Of a DNA stretch of 64,000 nt, positions 37,473-51,889 are shown one piece after another. Under the pieces are notes generated by a model. It did no database searches, had not been told where the DNA came from, and saw only the letters and a program-made list of their open reading frames with translations. Source of the stretch: Octopus sinensis (lineage: Eukaryota). The DNA is taken from positions 46,252,001 through 46,316,000 of the forward strand of contig NC_043009.1 in the NCBI RefSeq assembly GCF_006345805.1. The letters are read 5' to 3'. Numbering within the stretch: position 1 is the first letter of the stretch; every line of letters starts with the position of its first letter. Made by a program: the position numbers and the translations under genes.

Positions 37473-40400
37473 ACCATTAAGAAGTTGATAGGTAGATTGA
37501 TAGAAAGAAAGAAAAACGTTCGATATCTGTTCCCGATGTTCATTACATGAATGTGTGCGGGGAAAGGCAAAATAAATTCGTCAAGGTATGTTCATTTAAG
37601 TAGCGATTTATACATTAACATACCTGATTAAATGGCTAAGCATCTAAGATGTGGTGTTGCTAAGAAGATTATCGCTTTCTGAGCTATTAACTTCATTTAT
37701 AGAAATGGAATCCATAATTGCATTTTCAAATGCAGAGGAGTGGCATAAACTATAGAACAGCAGAAATGTCTGAAGTATTTTGTTTCACTCTTTTAATTTC
37801 TGAGTTGAAATGTCCCTGAAGTCATCTTTGCTTTTCCTCGCTATTGGGATCCTTAAAATAAATATCCTTCAAATGCATGTGTCGATAGGCTGCCCAATAC
37901 CACACCCATAATTAGTGAGGGCTTTGTGTCAACAAGATGTTTTCATTTAGTCTTTACGTTTAGATCAGTTTGATATCCAACGTCAACAGTTACTTGGATG
38001 TGTACAGAAGAAGGTAAATTCGATGACCTATTTTTAACGATGAGGTCAATAACTCTCTTCATCCACTTACACATTTTATACACGCACACACACACACGCA
38101 CGCGCACAGGTTTGGGAGAGCAAACAAGATATATAGAACTCAATGAAGATACACATGCACTTGATAAGTGTTATGCACGAAACTCTCAGCTCTGCTGTTA
38201 CTCTTGTCGCTTTTTTACTGCTAAAAATAATATACACACATCTACAAGCACACGCACGCACACACACATACACACATAAAAACAGAATTTTTATGTTGCA
38301 TATTTAGAGTGCCTCCTACAGTGGTGGGCGGTTCATCTGTTTATGTTGCCACTTTTCAATGTCAGTTATTAAAACTTACATCCAAAAAACACCCCAAGAT
38401 TGTCTTCTCGGTATCATAAATATATTCACCCATTTCTGAATTTCTTGTTTCATTTCTCATCAAGTTTTCACCGTTCTCCTACCACGACTTTTAATCTGGC
38501 TAAACTTTGGTAGATTAGCTTTAATGAAGAATCGTCGAAGTGTGGTGTTACATTTGAACATAGCTCCAATATACTGTATAGGTTCTCTTACTTTTCTGAA
38601 ATAAACCTAAAGAACTCGAATATATTACAAAGAAATATTTGTTTTCTTTATTTCGTGTTTCCGTTTTGTGTTTCCCGTTAACTTTTAGACTTCACATATT
38701 CTCGCCTGTATTTTTTCATATTATCTTTCAGACAGGTTTGAAACAAATTTATTTAAAGCAACAATTATGAGCAGTAGAAAAAGAAAGGACAATATCCGTG
38801 AATAAATTAAATTTCAGTCGTGAAATGATAATAAACTTCAACGCATTGTTTGTTTATTGCCTCCTTGATATGTGAATTTCAACATAATTTGTACTTAATT
38901 TGCAAGTGGTCTAGGCATCGTGGGAAACATGAAACTGTTAGTACACTGTAATGATTAATTCTTCTGTGGTTCTATCGCCAGTTAACTGGTCAGATACAAA
39001 GCTCTCTGCATTGTCCGGTTTCCCTTCATTTTGCATCGATCTCCCTTTCACACATCTGCTAGGGTCCACCGAGAGAATGAATTTAAAGGCCTTGAATGAG
39101 AATCTTTCTATTTTTCCAAAACCCACAGAGATATCGTTTCAATTCTTTAGATTTTAATATGACCTTTACTGAACAAAAACTTCTCTCTGTTTCCAAGAAT
39201 CGTACAAAAGAAGTATATGTCAAAGGTGTTATATTTCCTTCTCGTCTGGGTCTCAGTAGCCACACTTCACTATTGCAGATCAGCATGGAAAGAACACTTA
39301 ATTAATAGAATATCTGCTTTCTTCTAAGAGAGTGAATTTCTTGCTGCTTGTAATTATACTTAATTGGGTCAGTGCTGCTTTTTCAGTCAATGATTAAATT
39401 TCCTTGTGGTTAGTTGAGTGTGCTCAAATAGGTAAAGTTTTCTACATCTTCACACACTATTTCGTCTATGAGAACGTCTAATAGGATCGAATTTTGCTTG
39501 CGAGGGATTTTATTATTAATTTGGTGGTGGTGGTGGGAATGAGTAGTCATGGTATGTGGCATCAATTAAATTGATACCAGTAATTTGACGAGGGATTATT
39601 TCATCGACCCCTGAAGGAATTACAAAGTAAACCGCTCCCTTATACGATTCGAATGTAAAATGTAAAAAGAGGATAAAAAAAAATACCATAAGAAATTTTG
39701 TCTGATGTTCTACCTATTCGGTCAGTTCACAATGATGATAGACTCTCAAATCGACTTGCCTTGATGAAAAACTCTTATATCGGTTTTCATAGTCACACGC
39801 CAAGGGCGTTCTATAGATTGGACAACTTGTTCATTGAGTTAGCGTGTGAAGTGGCTGAGTTTTCTACAGATGCGTGACAAAGCCGGATTTTTGAATTACA
39901 TGTACATTTGATCTGTCGGGCTTTCACACAGTTTCCTTCTACTTAAATTCACTCACAAGGCCTGGACTTGGCAAAGCTATGGTAAAAGCATCTGCGTAAT
40001 GTACTACGCAGTGGGATCGAATCCGGGATCTGACGTTTCCAAAGTTAACTTGTTATCCACTTGGCCATTCCTGCATCTATAGCTACTTAAAACAATATTC
40101 GAAGCAACAAAGACAAGAAATCGGACAAATCTGTTTAATAACTGCCAGTAGTTCTGCTCAACAGAGATTGATATCAAATGTTATTGTATCTCAGTCAAAC
40201 GGTTCATTAATCTAACGAATCGGAAATGGAATTATAGTTACGAGTGAGGCAAAAAATCAAAACATAAGGAAAAGGAGTTTTAAATAAGAGACACATAACA
40301 TGGATATGATGCATCAGAACATAAAGTTATAGAGACAGTTGTGCGAACGCACAAAACGAGTCACTTGACCAAGACACTGGAAGTTTGGTATAATATTAAA

Positions 40401-40671
40401 CTAGAAAGCAGAAACCTAAACGGAGACTTAAGAAATGTTACTGAGAATTAACCAACTCAGCGGCAATTTAGAACAAGATAATAAATACATCATAAAATAG
40501 AGTTGGCTGATGGATCAGCTAACGTGATAAGTAAATGTAATGTGTAAGATGAACGACTGAGCTATTGACACCCAGAAAAGAAAGTGTGTATGCATGTATT
40601 TATACATACATGGATATGTTCGAAGCATCTATCCGAAAAAAAATATCATATTTTCTCAGTAATATAATATT

Positions 40672-40847
40672 TATTTCTTTATTGCCCACAGGGGGCTAAA
40701 CATAGAGGGGATAAACAAGGGCAGACAAAGGGTTTAAGTCGATTACATCGAACCCAGTGCAGAGTTTGAACTCACAACGTAACGGCAGACGAAATGTCGC
40801 TAAGTATTTCGCCCGGCGTGCTAACGATTCTGCCAGCTCGCCGCCCT
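40672..40847 (-). mobile_element. SINE family B lacking the central domain
   Basis: Head and tail align to 16506-16743; the middle ~55 bp is deleted. Confidence 0.85.
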
Positions 40848-43800
40848 TCAGTAAAATAATATTACACTCATCTCTCAATCAGCAATCACAAACACTGTAT
40901 TTGGCTATAACTTTACCAAACACATCAATTACTCTACGAGCGATTCTCATAAGGCTAGTTCATAGTAAAGTCAGAAGGATATACTCTCTTTTGGTATTTA
41001 ATTATGTTCCTTTATATTTCTGTATGAAAATCTCGACTGTGTTATTTAGGACGGCACACTAAATATATGCCTTTGCACTAATTCTGGAAACAGGGAAGCA
41101 TATTCGTTTTTTTTCCGATTAAATTAATGGCGACAGTACCATTCCTCAAAAAATTGAGTAGTTTTAATTGAATAAAGATCGGCGTCTGTCACAGATATAT
41201 CTACACTCCAGTAACCTGAGAGCTAACTTTAGTCTTTCCCGGAGGTTGCGACAATGAATAGATCCTCAGAGTATCACATTTGATGTTTGTAGTTTTTTTC
41301 TGTTGAGCGAAAATAATGCTGTAGGATTTACCAACGAAGCATTAGTCAAACTCAAGATTCTGCTGCAGTGTAACGTAGCCAGGTTTTTGAGAGTGGGGAC
41401 TCTCAGACTATAAAACAGACAGAATAGGTCTGAAGGGAAACGAATCAGCTGTTTCTTTGTTATTGCCCAGTACTGTAGTAGCTAAAACATCAGTGAACTC
41501 GGCTATAGTTAGACTATGCTACTAAAACAACTTACATATTCGTATCAATGAATATCATGATCATCCACAATACTGTATTTTTTTTATCATGATGTCCATT
41601 CTTCTATAATGATCGCAAATCTGATTTCCATTCCAGTCAATATTTCATTTGCGTTTCAAAAGACCTTAGAAAAGTATAGCCGTCACAAATGACATTTTTT
41701 CAATTATGTTGTGATGTATAATTCTGATGAGGAAAGGTAAAGTAATTAACTTTGTTAAAGGCCGCTCATTCACAGAAATATTTATATACTAATATATGCT
41801 TATTTGCTACACTGAATAATGAAATCGGGAAGAACTGAAAAACAGAGGTATGACGAAACTTAAACTAAGGTCATGTTAAGCTGTTCAAGAGCAGCAATAT
41901 TCTGAAACATAATCATTGAATAAGTAAGTTTTGATCTGCTGTTGATAAATGCTACCATGATATTCATTCTGTGTTGGAAGGGTATGGAAATTGCCCTTCT
42001 CGCACTTATAAATGTCTTCTTTATCAAAAGAAAATAATTACTGTCTGGTAGGGAAATTGATTTCTTGAGTTTTATTATTTTAAATTCAACGCAACCATAC
42101 CGCAACTATAGTTAAAATAGTTCTGAAGAATCTTCTTTAATGGTTTTCAAAGTTCGTCTATAACCTTTAATTACTAACTATCACATTCTAAATATTATAC
42201 TCGCTCTGACAAGATCCATGACGAGATACAACAAGTGACTACATTGTCATCATCATCATGTAGTAGCAGCAGCAGTAGCAACAGCAAGGCGAATGTTAAT
42301 AAAGAGTGAAGTCGGAAGGTGCTGCAAGAATCAACAGCAAGCTTCACTACAGATGAGTTATCCAATCAGTGTAAGCTACTTACTGAATAAGAATATCTCT
42401 TTAATGTCTTCTATTAATGGTGGAGGCAATCTAGTTGGAATGTGTAAAACGCGAGAGATGTTTAAATATAAGGCTATACTCTGCTATTAACCAAGGCTTA
42501 TTCAATTTTATCTTTATCCACCTAGATCATTAATTGTTACTTAGATATGAAACCTGAAAGTTAAAGGACATGCTCATCAGCTGAATAACTTAAATGTTCT
42601 AGGTAAAATGGTTTCTTATATTTTTTCTTATATTAGAAGACAAAATAATGAACGACTAGAAGACATAAAAAACATTTAGCCCAGTATGTAACTGACTCCA
42701 CCACACTGAAGATTTTATTGCTCGGTTTCAACCCGAAAAATGTGAGCTAAGTTCATCTGCCGAAAGTAGTTCACTGGCCAAATTAACATTTGTTTACCAT
42801 CTCTACGTTTATGATTTTAAAAATATAGTGAACAATGGCGGTGCCCCAGCATGGCCACATCTCGTGAGCTGAAACTAGATAAAATGAAAAATGAAATGAT
42901 TAAGAATAGGAGACACTGATGTAATAACATAATCTCTCTTCTTGAAGAATATATATCTGTATTAATTCATTGTGCTTTCATTAAGCTCCTATGACAGAAA
43001 ACCTACTGATAGATCTAAAGAAATGGACTCATTGTAATTATAATCTATATCGTCAGAAATAATGAGACTCATTGGGATATATTTAAACATATCAAATCAA
43101 TAAAAGCTCGTTGTCATAGTTAAATATCATACAACATCGTGTATGATGTTTCCTTATATGGACCGTAATAGATCATGAGATCATCAACGAAGACTACCTT
43201 TTTACAAATTATCGAGGAGAATCCACTCCTTTGTAGTTTATTGATTCGTTTCAAATCATAAATACGAAGGAAATGTGAAGCAAAAGAGCTCTGTCTGAAA
43301 TATAAAAATATAACACAATTTCGGGTCCTATTATTTGCTTTATAAAGTTGAGTGATTTCTGTATGAAAGTAATATGTATATTTGATTAGCTATATGGTAT
43401 ATGTTATCTAAAAAATAATGCCGTCGAATGAAGAATTTAAATTTACTACAGTTGTTTGTTCGAGAAATAGATTATAACAGAATACATAGTTGCAATGAGG
43501 TAGATGTATAATTCTGATCGTCTCAATATCGTATGTCAAAAAGTTAACTTCTTGAAACAAGATGATCTCCGATCTATACCTGAATTTGAAATCAATATTA
43601 CAAACTAACAAACATTGGTTTATTATAAAGAGAACAGCAGAATCTAAGACAGAGGTTCTCAACCATTTTTGCCTTTGAACCCGTTCGACATCTATTTTAT
43701 TCTACTGGACTTTCATAGCCATTCAGTGTTTTAAAGAAATCCCATCATATTTTTGTAATTAAATATTATTAGAAATTGTATAAAAAAGTTTAAAATATTT

Positions 43801-44821
43801 TGTGCATAGGGATCCCGGTTGAGAATTTAAGACGACTTGTAGTCTGTGTTAAGAAAGTAACTATTATACTTTCTATTGGTTAAGTATGCTATGACTGTTG
43901 ATCACAAAGGAGAGCTGTGCTTACTGATGGAACATAATTACAAATAGGTTTGTCCGACTGATGTGTCATGAACAAAGACAAAATGTAACATCATTACTTG
44001 GGTTAGCAATTGATGACAGCTGCAAAATTTTATTGCCATATCAACGTGACACGTTGCAACTACTGATAATTATAGATGCATGTATAAAAGAAGCATATTT
44101 GAAAACAATGTTTGCTTGTAGGTTATTGAAATTACGAAGTTCAATTCAAACATTTAAAGTTTATGCTAGAAAAGTTGTTTGACAACAAGAAAATCTTCCT
44201 CTGAAGTTGACTCATTAAAGAAGGTTCTTTAAATATTGTGTGATAATAAAAACTATTTATGTTGTTTAGCTATAAAATTATTTGATTGGCGAAGGTATTT
44301 CATCACCTCAATGAACCCACTTCTAAACAAATGCTTTCATTGTTTTTTTAACCGTAGGTCAGCCTGTACCAAGTAGATTTAAGGTCATTTACAGCCATTA
44401 ATCCTTATGCGTTTTTGTCAGTCAGTTATAATATATATAATTAATACGCATCATATGTATATTAATACACTAATAGGTTAAAAAAAAACTTTTAAAAGTG
44501 TACGTACGTATTTAGTTCGTTGAAGCCAAGATATTTCTAATTATGAAATGGGTTTTCAACGCTACATGTAGTATAACAAATAATGTAGCAAAGACCTGTA
44601 TTGGGACAAAACATAATTCCCCATATGAAGGAAAATTTTGGTAAAATGGGGTATTAAGAAAATGTAAACAATTAAGCCGAATTAAAGAGAAGATAAATGT
44701 TAATACATTATTCAAATCCATAGAATATGATACACACAAAAAATTTGCTTATACATGCCACACACTCAGATGAGTTTCTGATTTCTAGTTTCTTAAACAC
44801 CTATTATATATATATACATAT

Positions 44822-47800
44822 ATGGGGTAAGCTTAGCTTACCCTATGGGTAGGTAGCAGCCCTTTAACCTTGGTTGGTAATCTACCTAGGAGAAGGAAAT
44901 CTCTGAAATAAAACCTGAGGCCCTGGAAGTTCCTGGTTTTGTCAATTTTCATGCCACACCGGCGAAATTCTTCTTGGGCCAATAGGTGGGGGTATTGCCG
45001 TGCAAGCTACACCCACTGAAAATTATTCATCTGCACAGGTACTTCCTGTACACCAAATCTTAGTAATATCATTGAATTGGTTGGTTGGCAGAAACCTAAA
45101 AATGCACATGTAACTTACTCTAAAGTGTCTCAAACAGATTCAGTAAATGGCAAAAAAGGCTTGGGAACGTCAGGTCTGGCTCGGCAGGTGTCCCAGTATA
45201 TTACAGACATGTCCCGGACGTCATTCTGCCGCTGTGGTCAAATAATTTTCAAGATGTAAAAATAGACATCCTTTGAATTTTGGCTGTTAGTAATATGCGC
45301 ACACTTCTTGATGATAATTTCAACAAGAGGCCTAGAAAGATGTACTTTACTTATTGCATATGAGCTTAAGAAATATTCCCTTTATATGGTTGCGCTCTCT
45401 GAAACTTGTCTCTCTGGTGAGGGTCAAGTAAATGAACCTACTTATGGATACACTATCTTTTGGAGAGGATTACCTAAGGGTCAGCGTAGAGAATCTGGTA
45501 TTGCGTTTGCTCTCAAGAATAGTATCCTCCATTGCAGTGCTTCCAAGTGGTATATCTGAACGGACCATGCCATGCCGTATTAAACTGACAAAAGGTAGGT
45601 TTCTTACCATTGTCAGTATTTATGCACCAACGATGTCCCATTCTGATGAAACTGTAGGACAGTTTTATGATGATCTAGCACAATTATTGAAGAAAGTACC
45701 AATTTCTGACAAGCAGGTCCTATTTGGAGATTTCAATGCAAGAACTGGAAAGGATTACGTTTCATGGCCTGTTTTAGGTCGAGATAGGATTGGAAAATAT
45801 AATGAAAATGGAGTAGCGCTTTTGACATTTTGTGCTGAGAAAAATCTGGTTGTCAACAACACTCTGTTTAAGCAGAAAAATAAATATAAAACTACCTGGA
45901 TGCACCCAAGATCTAAGCACTAGCATCTCACACATTATATTTTGATCAGAAAACGTGATATGAAAGACGTTTCTAGCTTTCGGGTCATGTGTGGAAAAAT
46001 AGATTTTTCGATAACGCTCAAAAATCAACAGTCTGGTCCTAAGGTATCCAAAAAGGTAAATGTTGCAAGCTTTAAATTATCAAGTAACTTGCTAAGATTC
46101 CAATATGCTATAGAAAGTTTCAGACTTGACCCAAACAATCTATGAGAAGATTTCAAAACAAAAGTATTTCAATTATTTCAGGCTGCAATCACACAAGTCT
46201 AGTGACTGGCTCTCAGATAGATCAACAGAAATTCATGATCTACTTTTAGAAAAACAAAACGTAGGCAATACACTTCTTCCTCAGTCCTTGAAGCCCAACT
46301 CAAACGAAGCTTACAGAAAGCTGAAAAAGAAAGTGCAGACTGCTCTAAGGAAAATTAAACAGGAATGGTGGAATGATAGAGCAAAAGGGGTACGTGAAGC
46401 AGCTCATACTTTTATGTTAAGGAGATATATGGCCGAAAATCTTCTTTAATAGCTCCAGTGACAACAGCAAATAGACGTTTGCGTCTGACTGACACCGCTT
46501 CTATTCATAAGTGCTAGGTAGAACATTTTTCTGCACTTTTGAATATACCATCATCCACTGACATGAGGACGATAGTAAAAATCGAACACCTTCCAGTTAC
46601 AGAAGAGATGGCATTTGAACCAACTCTAGATTACCCATTTATTTAGCTGTGAATAAGCTGAATAACAATAAGTCTCCAGAGTCTAATGGAATCTGTGCAG
46701 AAGACTTGAAATATAGGAATGACAAAATGTTTGAACTTTTAAATATATTAATTTGTTACTGTTGGAGAACTAAGAAAGTGCCCCAAGACTGGATTGATGC
46801 CATTTTAGTCTTCTTGTATAAATCGGGGCCAAAGAATCTACGTGGTAATTTTCGTGGGATTTCGCTTTTGTCTGTTGTCGGAAAGGTACTTGCCCGCATT
46901 TTTTTAGAAGGCTTAAATACCTTCAGAGTTCCAAATATAGTGTCTAAGTCTCAGTGTGGTTTTCGTTCCTCCAGGGGCACAGATGGTTGTATCTTTACTA
47001 TCAGACAATTACAACGAAAGTGCATTGAACAGAATCTTGCTCTATACCATTGCTGTGATTATTTGAGGAAAGCATTCGATACTGTTATTCGAAATGCTCT
47101 GTGGCTGATTCTAAGGAAAATATGTTACCCAGAAAAAATTGTAATCATGATCAGGGCTTTGCACCAAGATATGAAAGCTAGAGTTAACTTTGGTTGTAGG
47201 CTCTCTGAATCTTTTGCCGTGGAAAATAAAATAAAGCAAGGAGACCTTGATGCACCCACCCTCTTTGCAATATACTTTGCTGTTGTGTTGTCATATGCTT
47301 TTCAAAACTCTGAGGTGGGTATTTACATAAAATATTGAACAATTGGGAATATTTTAAATCTGACTAGACTGAAATTCAAAACGAAGGTTTTTACTCAACT
47401 CATTTTGGAACTTTTATACGATGACGATTGCGATCTTGTCATTCATTCTGAAACAGGTCTGCAATCTCTTGTATCTGCATTTGACTCAGCTTGTGATGAT
47501 TTTGGCTTGGTTAATGCATCAACCTGCGTATGTTTCTGTTTATAACCCTGCTAAAATCTTTGTTAAGGGTAAGTTACTTGAGGTTGTCGATTCGTTCATC
47601 TACCCTAGAAGCTCTGTACAAAATGATAGAAATCTTGATACAGAAATACAGCTGCGAACTCAGGACAGCAAAAGCATTTAGTGGCTTGGAGTCACGCGTT
47701 TGGTGCCAGTGACATATAAATAAGAATACAAAACTGGCTCTTTACAAATCATTTGTCTTGCCATCCCTGTTGTATTCTTGTGAAACATGAACTTGTTATG

Positions 47801-48517
47801 AAAGCATTTTAAATTGCTAGAACAATTCCACCAAAAGTGCCGTCATCGCATTGCAAACATTAAATGGAGTCCTTTTACTCCAAACACAGATGTCCTTGCA
47901 TCTGCAGGCATCACCTCAATTAAAGCTATGATTTTGAGGCCCCAAATAAGATAGTGTGGCCATATTGTTCGAATGGCGGATGAACGCATGCCGAAACATC
48001 TGTTTTATGGCGAGCTTGCAGAGGGAAAACGCTATCGGCGTAAATTTAAAAAAGGTTTAAGGACTAATATGAAGTCACTTGGAATGGATCCAGAAGATAT
48101 AGAAACCCATGCTTCGGATCGAGCTGGATGGCGAACAAAAGTGTGGAGTGGAGTGAAAGCGTTTGAAGATAACGCATGTAAAACTCAAAAGAGATCTAGG
48201 GAAGAATGTTACGATCGAGGAGGCGAATGACAATGACCTTTTTGTGTGCACATTTTGTGACAGAGTATGCCAGAAGGTTTGCAAATCTAACAGAGGCCCC
48301 AAAAGACATTTTAAGATCCACAAAGATCAGAAATTATCTGCAGCTCTTGGGGGTCAAAATCGGATGTGCAATCTATATGGGTGTCTTTTCAGAACATTGT
48401 CTGGTTTAAAAAGCCACATCAGAGGTCATGATGGTTCAAAGGAAGTGGTCCAACAGTTTCTTTATTTTATTGAAATGCGTCAGTGCACTTTTGGTCACGT
48501 AGAGATGGTCAGGAACC
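44822..48517 (+). mobile_element. RTE-clade LINE, near full length, with many stops and frameshifts
   Basis: APE endonuclease motifs (VALSET, GYTIFW, GDFNAR, TTWMHPRSKH), RT motifs (NFRGISLLSVVGK, SQCGFR, KAFDTV, IKQGD, LLYDDD) and C-terminal C2H2-like CTFCDRVC and LKSHIRGH. Confidence 0.93.
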
Positions 48518-48528
48518 TTCCACAACAC

Positions 48529-48632
<104 letters not shown>

Positions 48633-48635
48633 ACA

Positions 48636-48795
48636 ATGGGCATCTTTCAGTTTCCGCCTAACAAATTTTCTCAAAAGTCTTTGATCGGCCCGAAGGTATT
48701 ATAGAAAACACTTCCTCAACATGCGACGTAGTGGACTGAACCCAAAAACATGCAGTTGGAAAGCAAGCTTCTTACCACACAGCCATTCCAGCGCT
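48636..48795 (-). mobile_element. SINE family C, 5' half
   Basis: CTTTCAGTTTCCG...AAGCAAGC..CTTACCACACAGCC matches 18250-18412. Confidence 0.7.
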
Positions 48796-49380
48796 TGTCT
48801 ATGTAAGGAGACGTTGAAGACTCCTGTAATTTACATAAGGAAAGATTATTTTGAATTCCGTATGCGGTCCAAGAAAAGTGGTAATGAGAGATAACCGAAC
48901 CATGAGATAGTAAAAGATTTCTTTTCTATAATGACCGATATAGTTATGAGAGGTTTCTTAGCTGAACTAGGCACAGGCACAAAAATTTCCGATTATTCCT
49001 TAAGTATAGACCAATGCGTTCAACAAAGGACATCTTGGTTAATGAATTCGTAAGTTTGGCGAACGCTTGGAGGTGATTGAAGATTTTCTGATGTTTTATT
49101 CTTTGCCAGACATAAGAGCTGAAAATAATATTATAACAAAGTTCATCAAGGAACTAAATAACCTATAACCTTGTACTGTCTTAGGTAAGTAAAACAAATT
49201 CAATAGGACAATAGCAATATAAAGCATAACTGAAAATTCTCTCGTGAACTGCTAAACAGATATCAGCATGATTTCGACACATTAAGGTAAGATCATTAGT
49301 TATACTTATATATGTATAGATCACTACTATATATGTATATGTATATAAGTATCTTTATATGTATATGTTTATATACGCAT

Positions 49381-50462
49381 GTGCGCTGAGAAGTTCATAG
49401 GTTGACTATAAAGGTGTGATGCTAGAGGTGTGAAATCTTGCAAGCATTAATTTCAGCCCTTCTTATTAATAACAACATTGTTTCTTTCCGAAAAACGTTT
49501 TTACCTGACTGTTCAAAGAAAAATTCAAAAGTAACTAATCACGACTTCACTTGAAAATGAACAAAATTTGATATCATGATGTTATCAAATAACTGCAAAA
49601 AAGGAGGTTTATCTCCCAACGACGATCATGCTGACATTGATTGTGTTCAACACATGGGGATGGAGGACAGGCGTACAGGCAATCGACAATGAATCAAATA
49701 GCCAATGCTATTAGCATTTCCCGTGTGAGTTGATAATATTCTGCACAATGAACTCGGCCTGACGATGGTTTATGCTCGATGGATGTTATGTCTTCTTACA
49801 CCTGATCAAAAGCGTACCGGGCTGATCACATTACGAGAAAATCTGACATTGTTTCAGGTAAATTCAGGTAGTTTCCTTGAACTCTTCCTAAGCCAGGATA
49901 AGTGTTGGGTTTATCACTTGAACCAGAGACAAAGAGATAATCCATGTAGTGGAAACATCCCTCTTCACCTGTTCCAAGATCGTCTCACCTGCTGGGAATG
50001 TGATGGCCTCAGTTCTTTAGGATTTAATAGGCATTGTATTTATTGACTATCTTCAAAAGAGCCATGCCATCAATGGAGAAATGTTATCCAGATAAAACGG
50101 CCGGAAAATCATCAGGATAATATTCCAGGACAAAAGTCATTGGTTTCAATGGCTGCTGTGCGTGATTTTGGCTTTGAACTGGTTGATCAGGCTCCACATT
50201 CTCCAGACTTGGCCCTCATGTGACTATGATCTGTACCCCATCGTGAAGAAACCAGTATCGCAGCAATGATGATATATTTGCTGTTGATAGCTCTTTTCAA
50301 CCTGCACGACGAAAGTGTGTTCACCAATGGCATACAGGCACTGCAAAACCGATGAAAAAATTTTGTGGACCGCACGGGGTACTTATGTTGTAAAATTAGC
50401 TTCATTTGGTGACATTCATGTGAGTATCTTGGTCATCCTATGAACTTTTCAGCCGACCCTCC
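49381..50462 (+). mobile_element. Decayed mariner transposon (second family)
   Basis: TIR-like GCTGAGAAGTTCATAGG and CCTATGAACTTTTCAGC. Transposase remnants ARW..LLTPDQKR, DKCWVYH and PHSPDLAL. Confidence 0.8.
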
Positions 50463-50514
50463 TACGTATGTATGTATATGTATGTGCGTGTATGTATAAT
50501 TTCAGAAGTTACCT

Positions 50515-50630
50515 GTACCTTTTATCCTTTCGGGGTCGATAAGGTAAGTACCAGTTGCGTACTGGGGTCGCCCTAATCCACTGGCCCCTCCCCAAAAATT
50601 TCGGGGCCTTATGCCTAGATTAGAAAAGAT
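50515..50630 (+). mobile_element. SINE family B-related 3' fragment
   Basis: ATCCTTTCGGGGTCGATAA..TAAGTACCAGTTGCGTACTGGGGTCG. Confidence 0.7.
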
Positions 50631-50804
50631 TATTTAACTTCAGGTCAGCGTGATCCTTTTCTGTTTTTATTCAATTATCGGCATCAAATACAACAATATG
50701 GTATCAGATATAATCACTTTTAAAATGGTAGGTTGCAATGGAAGGAAATTTAGTTGATTTCTATAGGGCCAAACGATCACCATAGAAGCTCTTTGTTGGC
50801 ATAA

Positions 50805-51310
50805 TACAGCAAAGAGGATTTAAAGTAGGAAGATGGTACGACCATCAACCAGAGAGTGTAATTAAAAACGGATAATAGAAGATTTTATCGGATTTTAACG
50901 TGCGGACTGATCTCAAAATTCATACTTGGAGATCCGATATTATGGTTCTTGATAAAGTAAGAAAGGAGTGCACAGTCATAGATGTGGCTATACCTGAGGA
51001 CATGAATACAGAAGTTAAAGAACAGGAGAAAATAGGAAAATACCAGGATTTGGCTAGGGAAATACGACGACTGTGGAAAATTTCTACAAAAGTCATCCCC
51101 GCTGTTATAGGTACCGCCACCAACAGAATTAATAGCTCCCTTGTTGAGATTGCTCTAACTATAAGAGTTGCATTTACGCATTAATACAGAAATCAGCTCT
51201 ATTGTAAGAAAGGTCCTCGATATTTAAGGAAACTTGACGCGACTTGGTATCAAGGAGGTTGATTCCGGATGTAAAACATTCGTGTACAGCATGAATAATA
51301 ATGATAATAA
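50805..51310 (+). mobile_element. R4/Dong-like LINE 3' end (restriction-like endonuclease domain, 3' UTR, (TAA)n tail)
   Basis: WYDHQPESV, SDIMVLDK...VIDVAIP...KEQEKIGKYQDL..EIRRLW..KVIP, IQKSALL...RKVLDI*. Confidence 0.85.
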
Positions 51311-51318
51311 TGCTGCTG

Positions 51319-51399
<81 letters not shown>

Positions 51400-51889
51400 A
51401 TAATAATAATAATAATAATAATGTGTTACACCGGGATCTCCATTAAAAAACAAATCTAATATAATAACATCGGTGGAATGGAATAAAGGAACCTGTGGAA
51501 GACTTGGAGGAAGCGGCCTTTTAACGAAAATAATCGCAAAAATGAAATTTTACTGCCATACAAAGCACAATTTCTCCCATGAACGTTGTCTCAGTGAAAC
51601 ATGTACGAAAGACACACACGAAATCAACATCGGAAAGTTTACAAATTATAAAATATAAGTGGAACAAAACAGCAAGTACGTAACTTGATTAATTACACGT
51701 ACACTCGAATGTCTACACAATGATATATACATTTTAATACCCATAGGACTACATATACATCCCAATGTTTACACAACTTCGTGAAATTTCACAAAGTAAA
51801 AGATATAACAAAACAATTTTTTGATTTTTTGATTTTTTGATTTAACACAGACAGAGTGAACAATTCATAAGTTTAAAAACACCCCAAAA

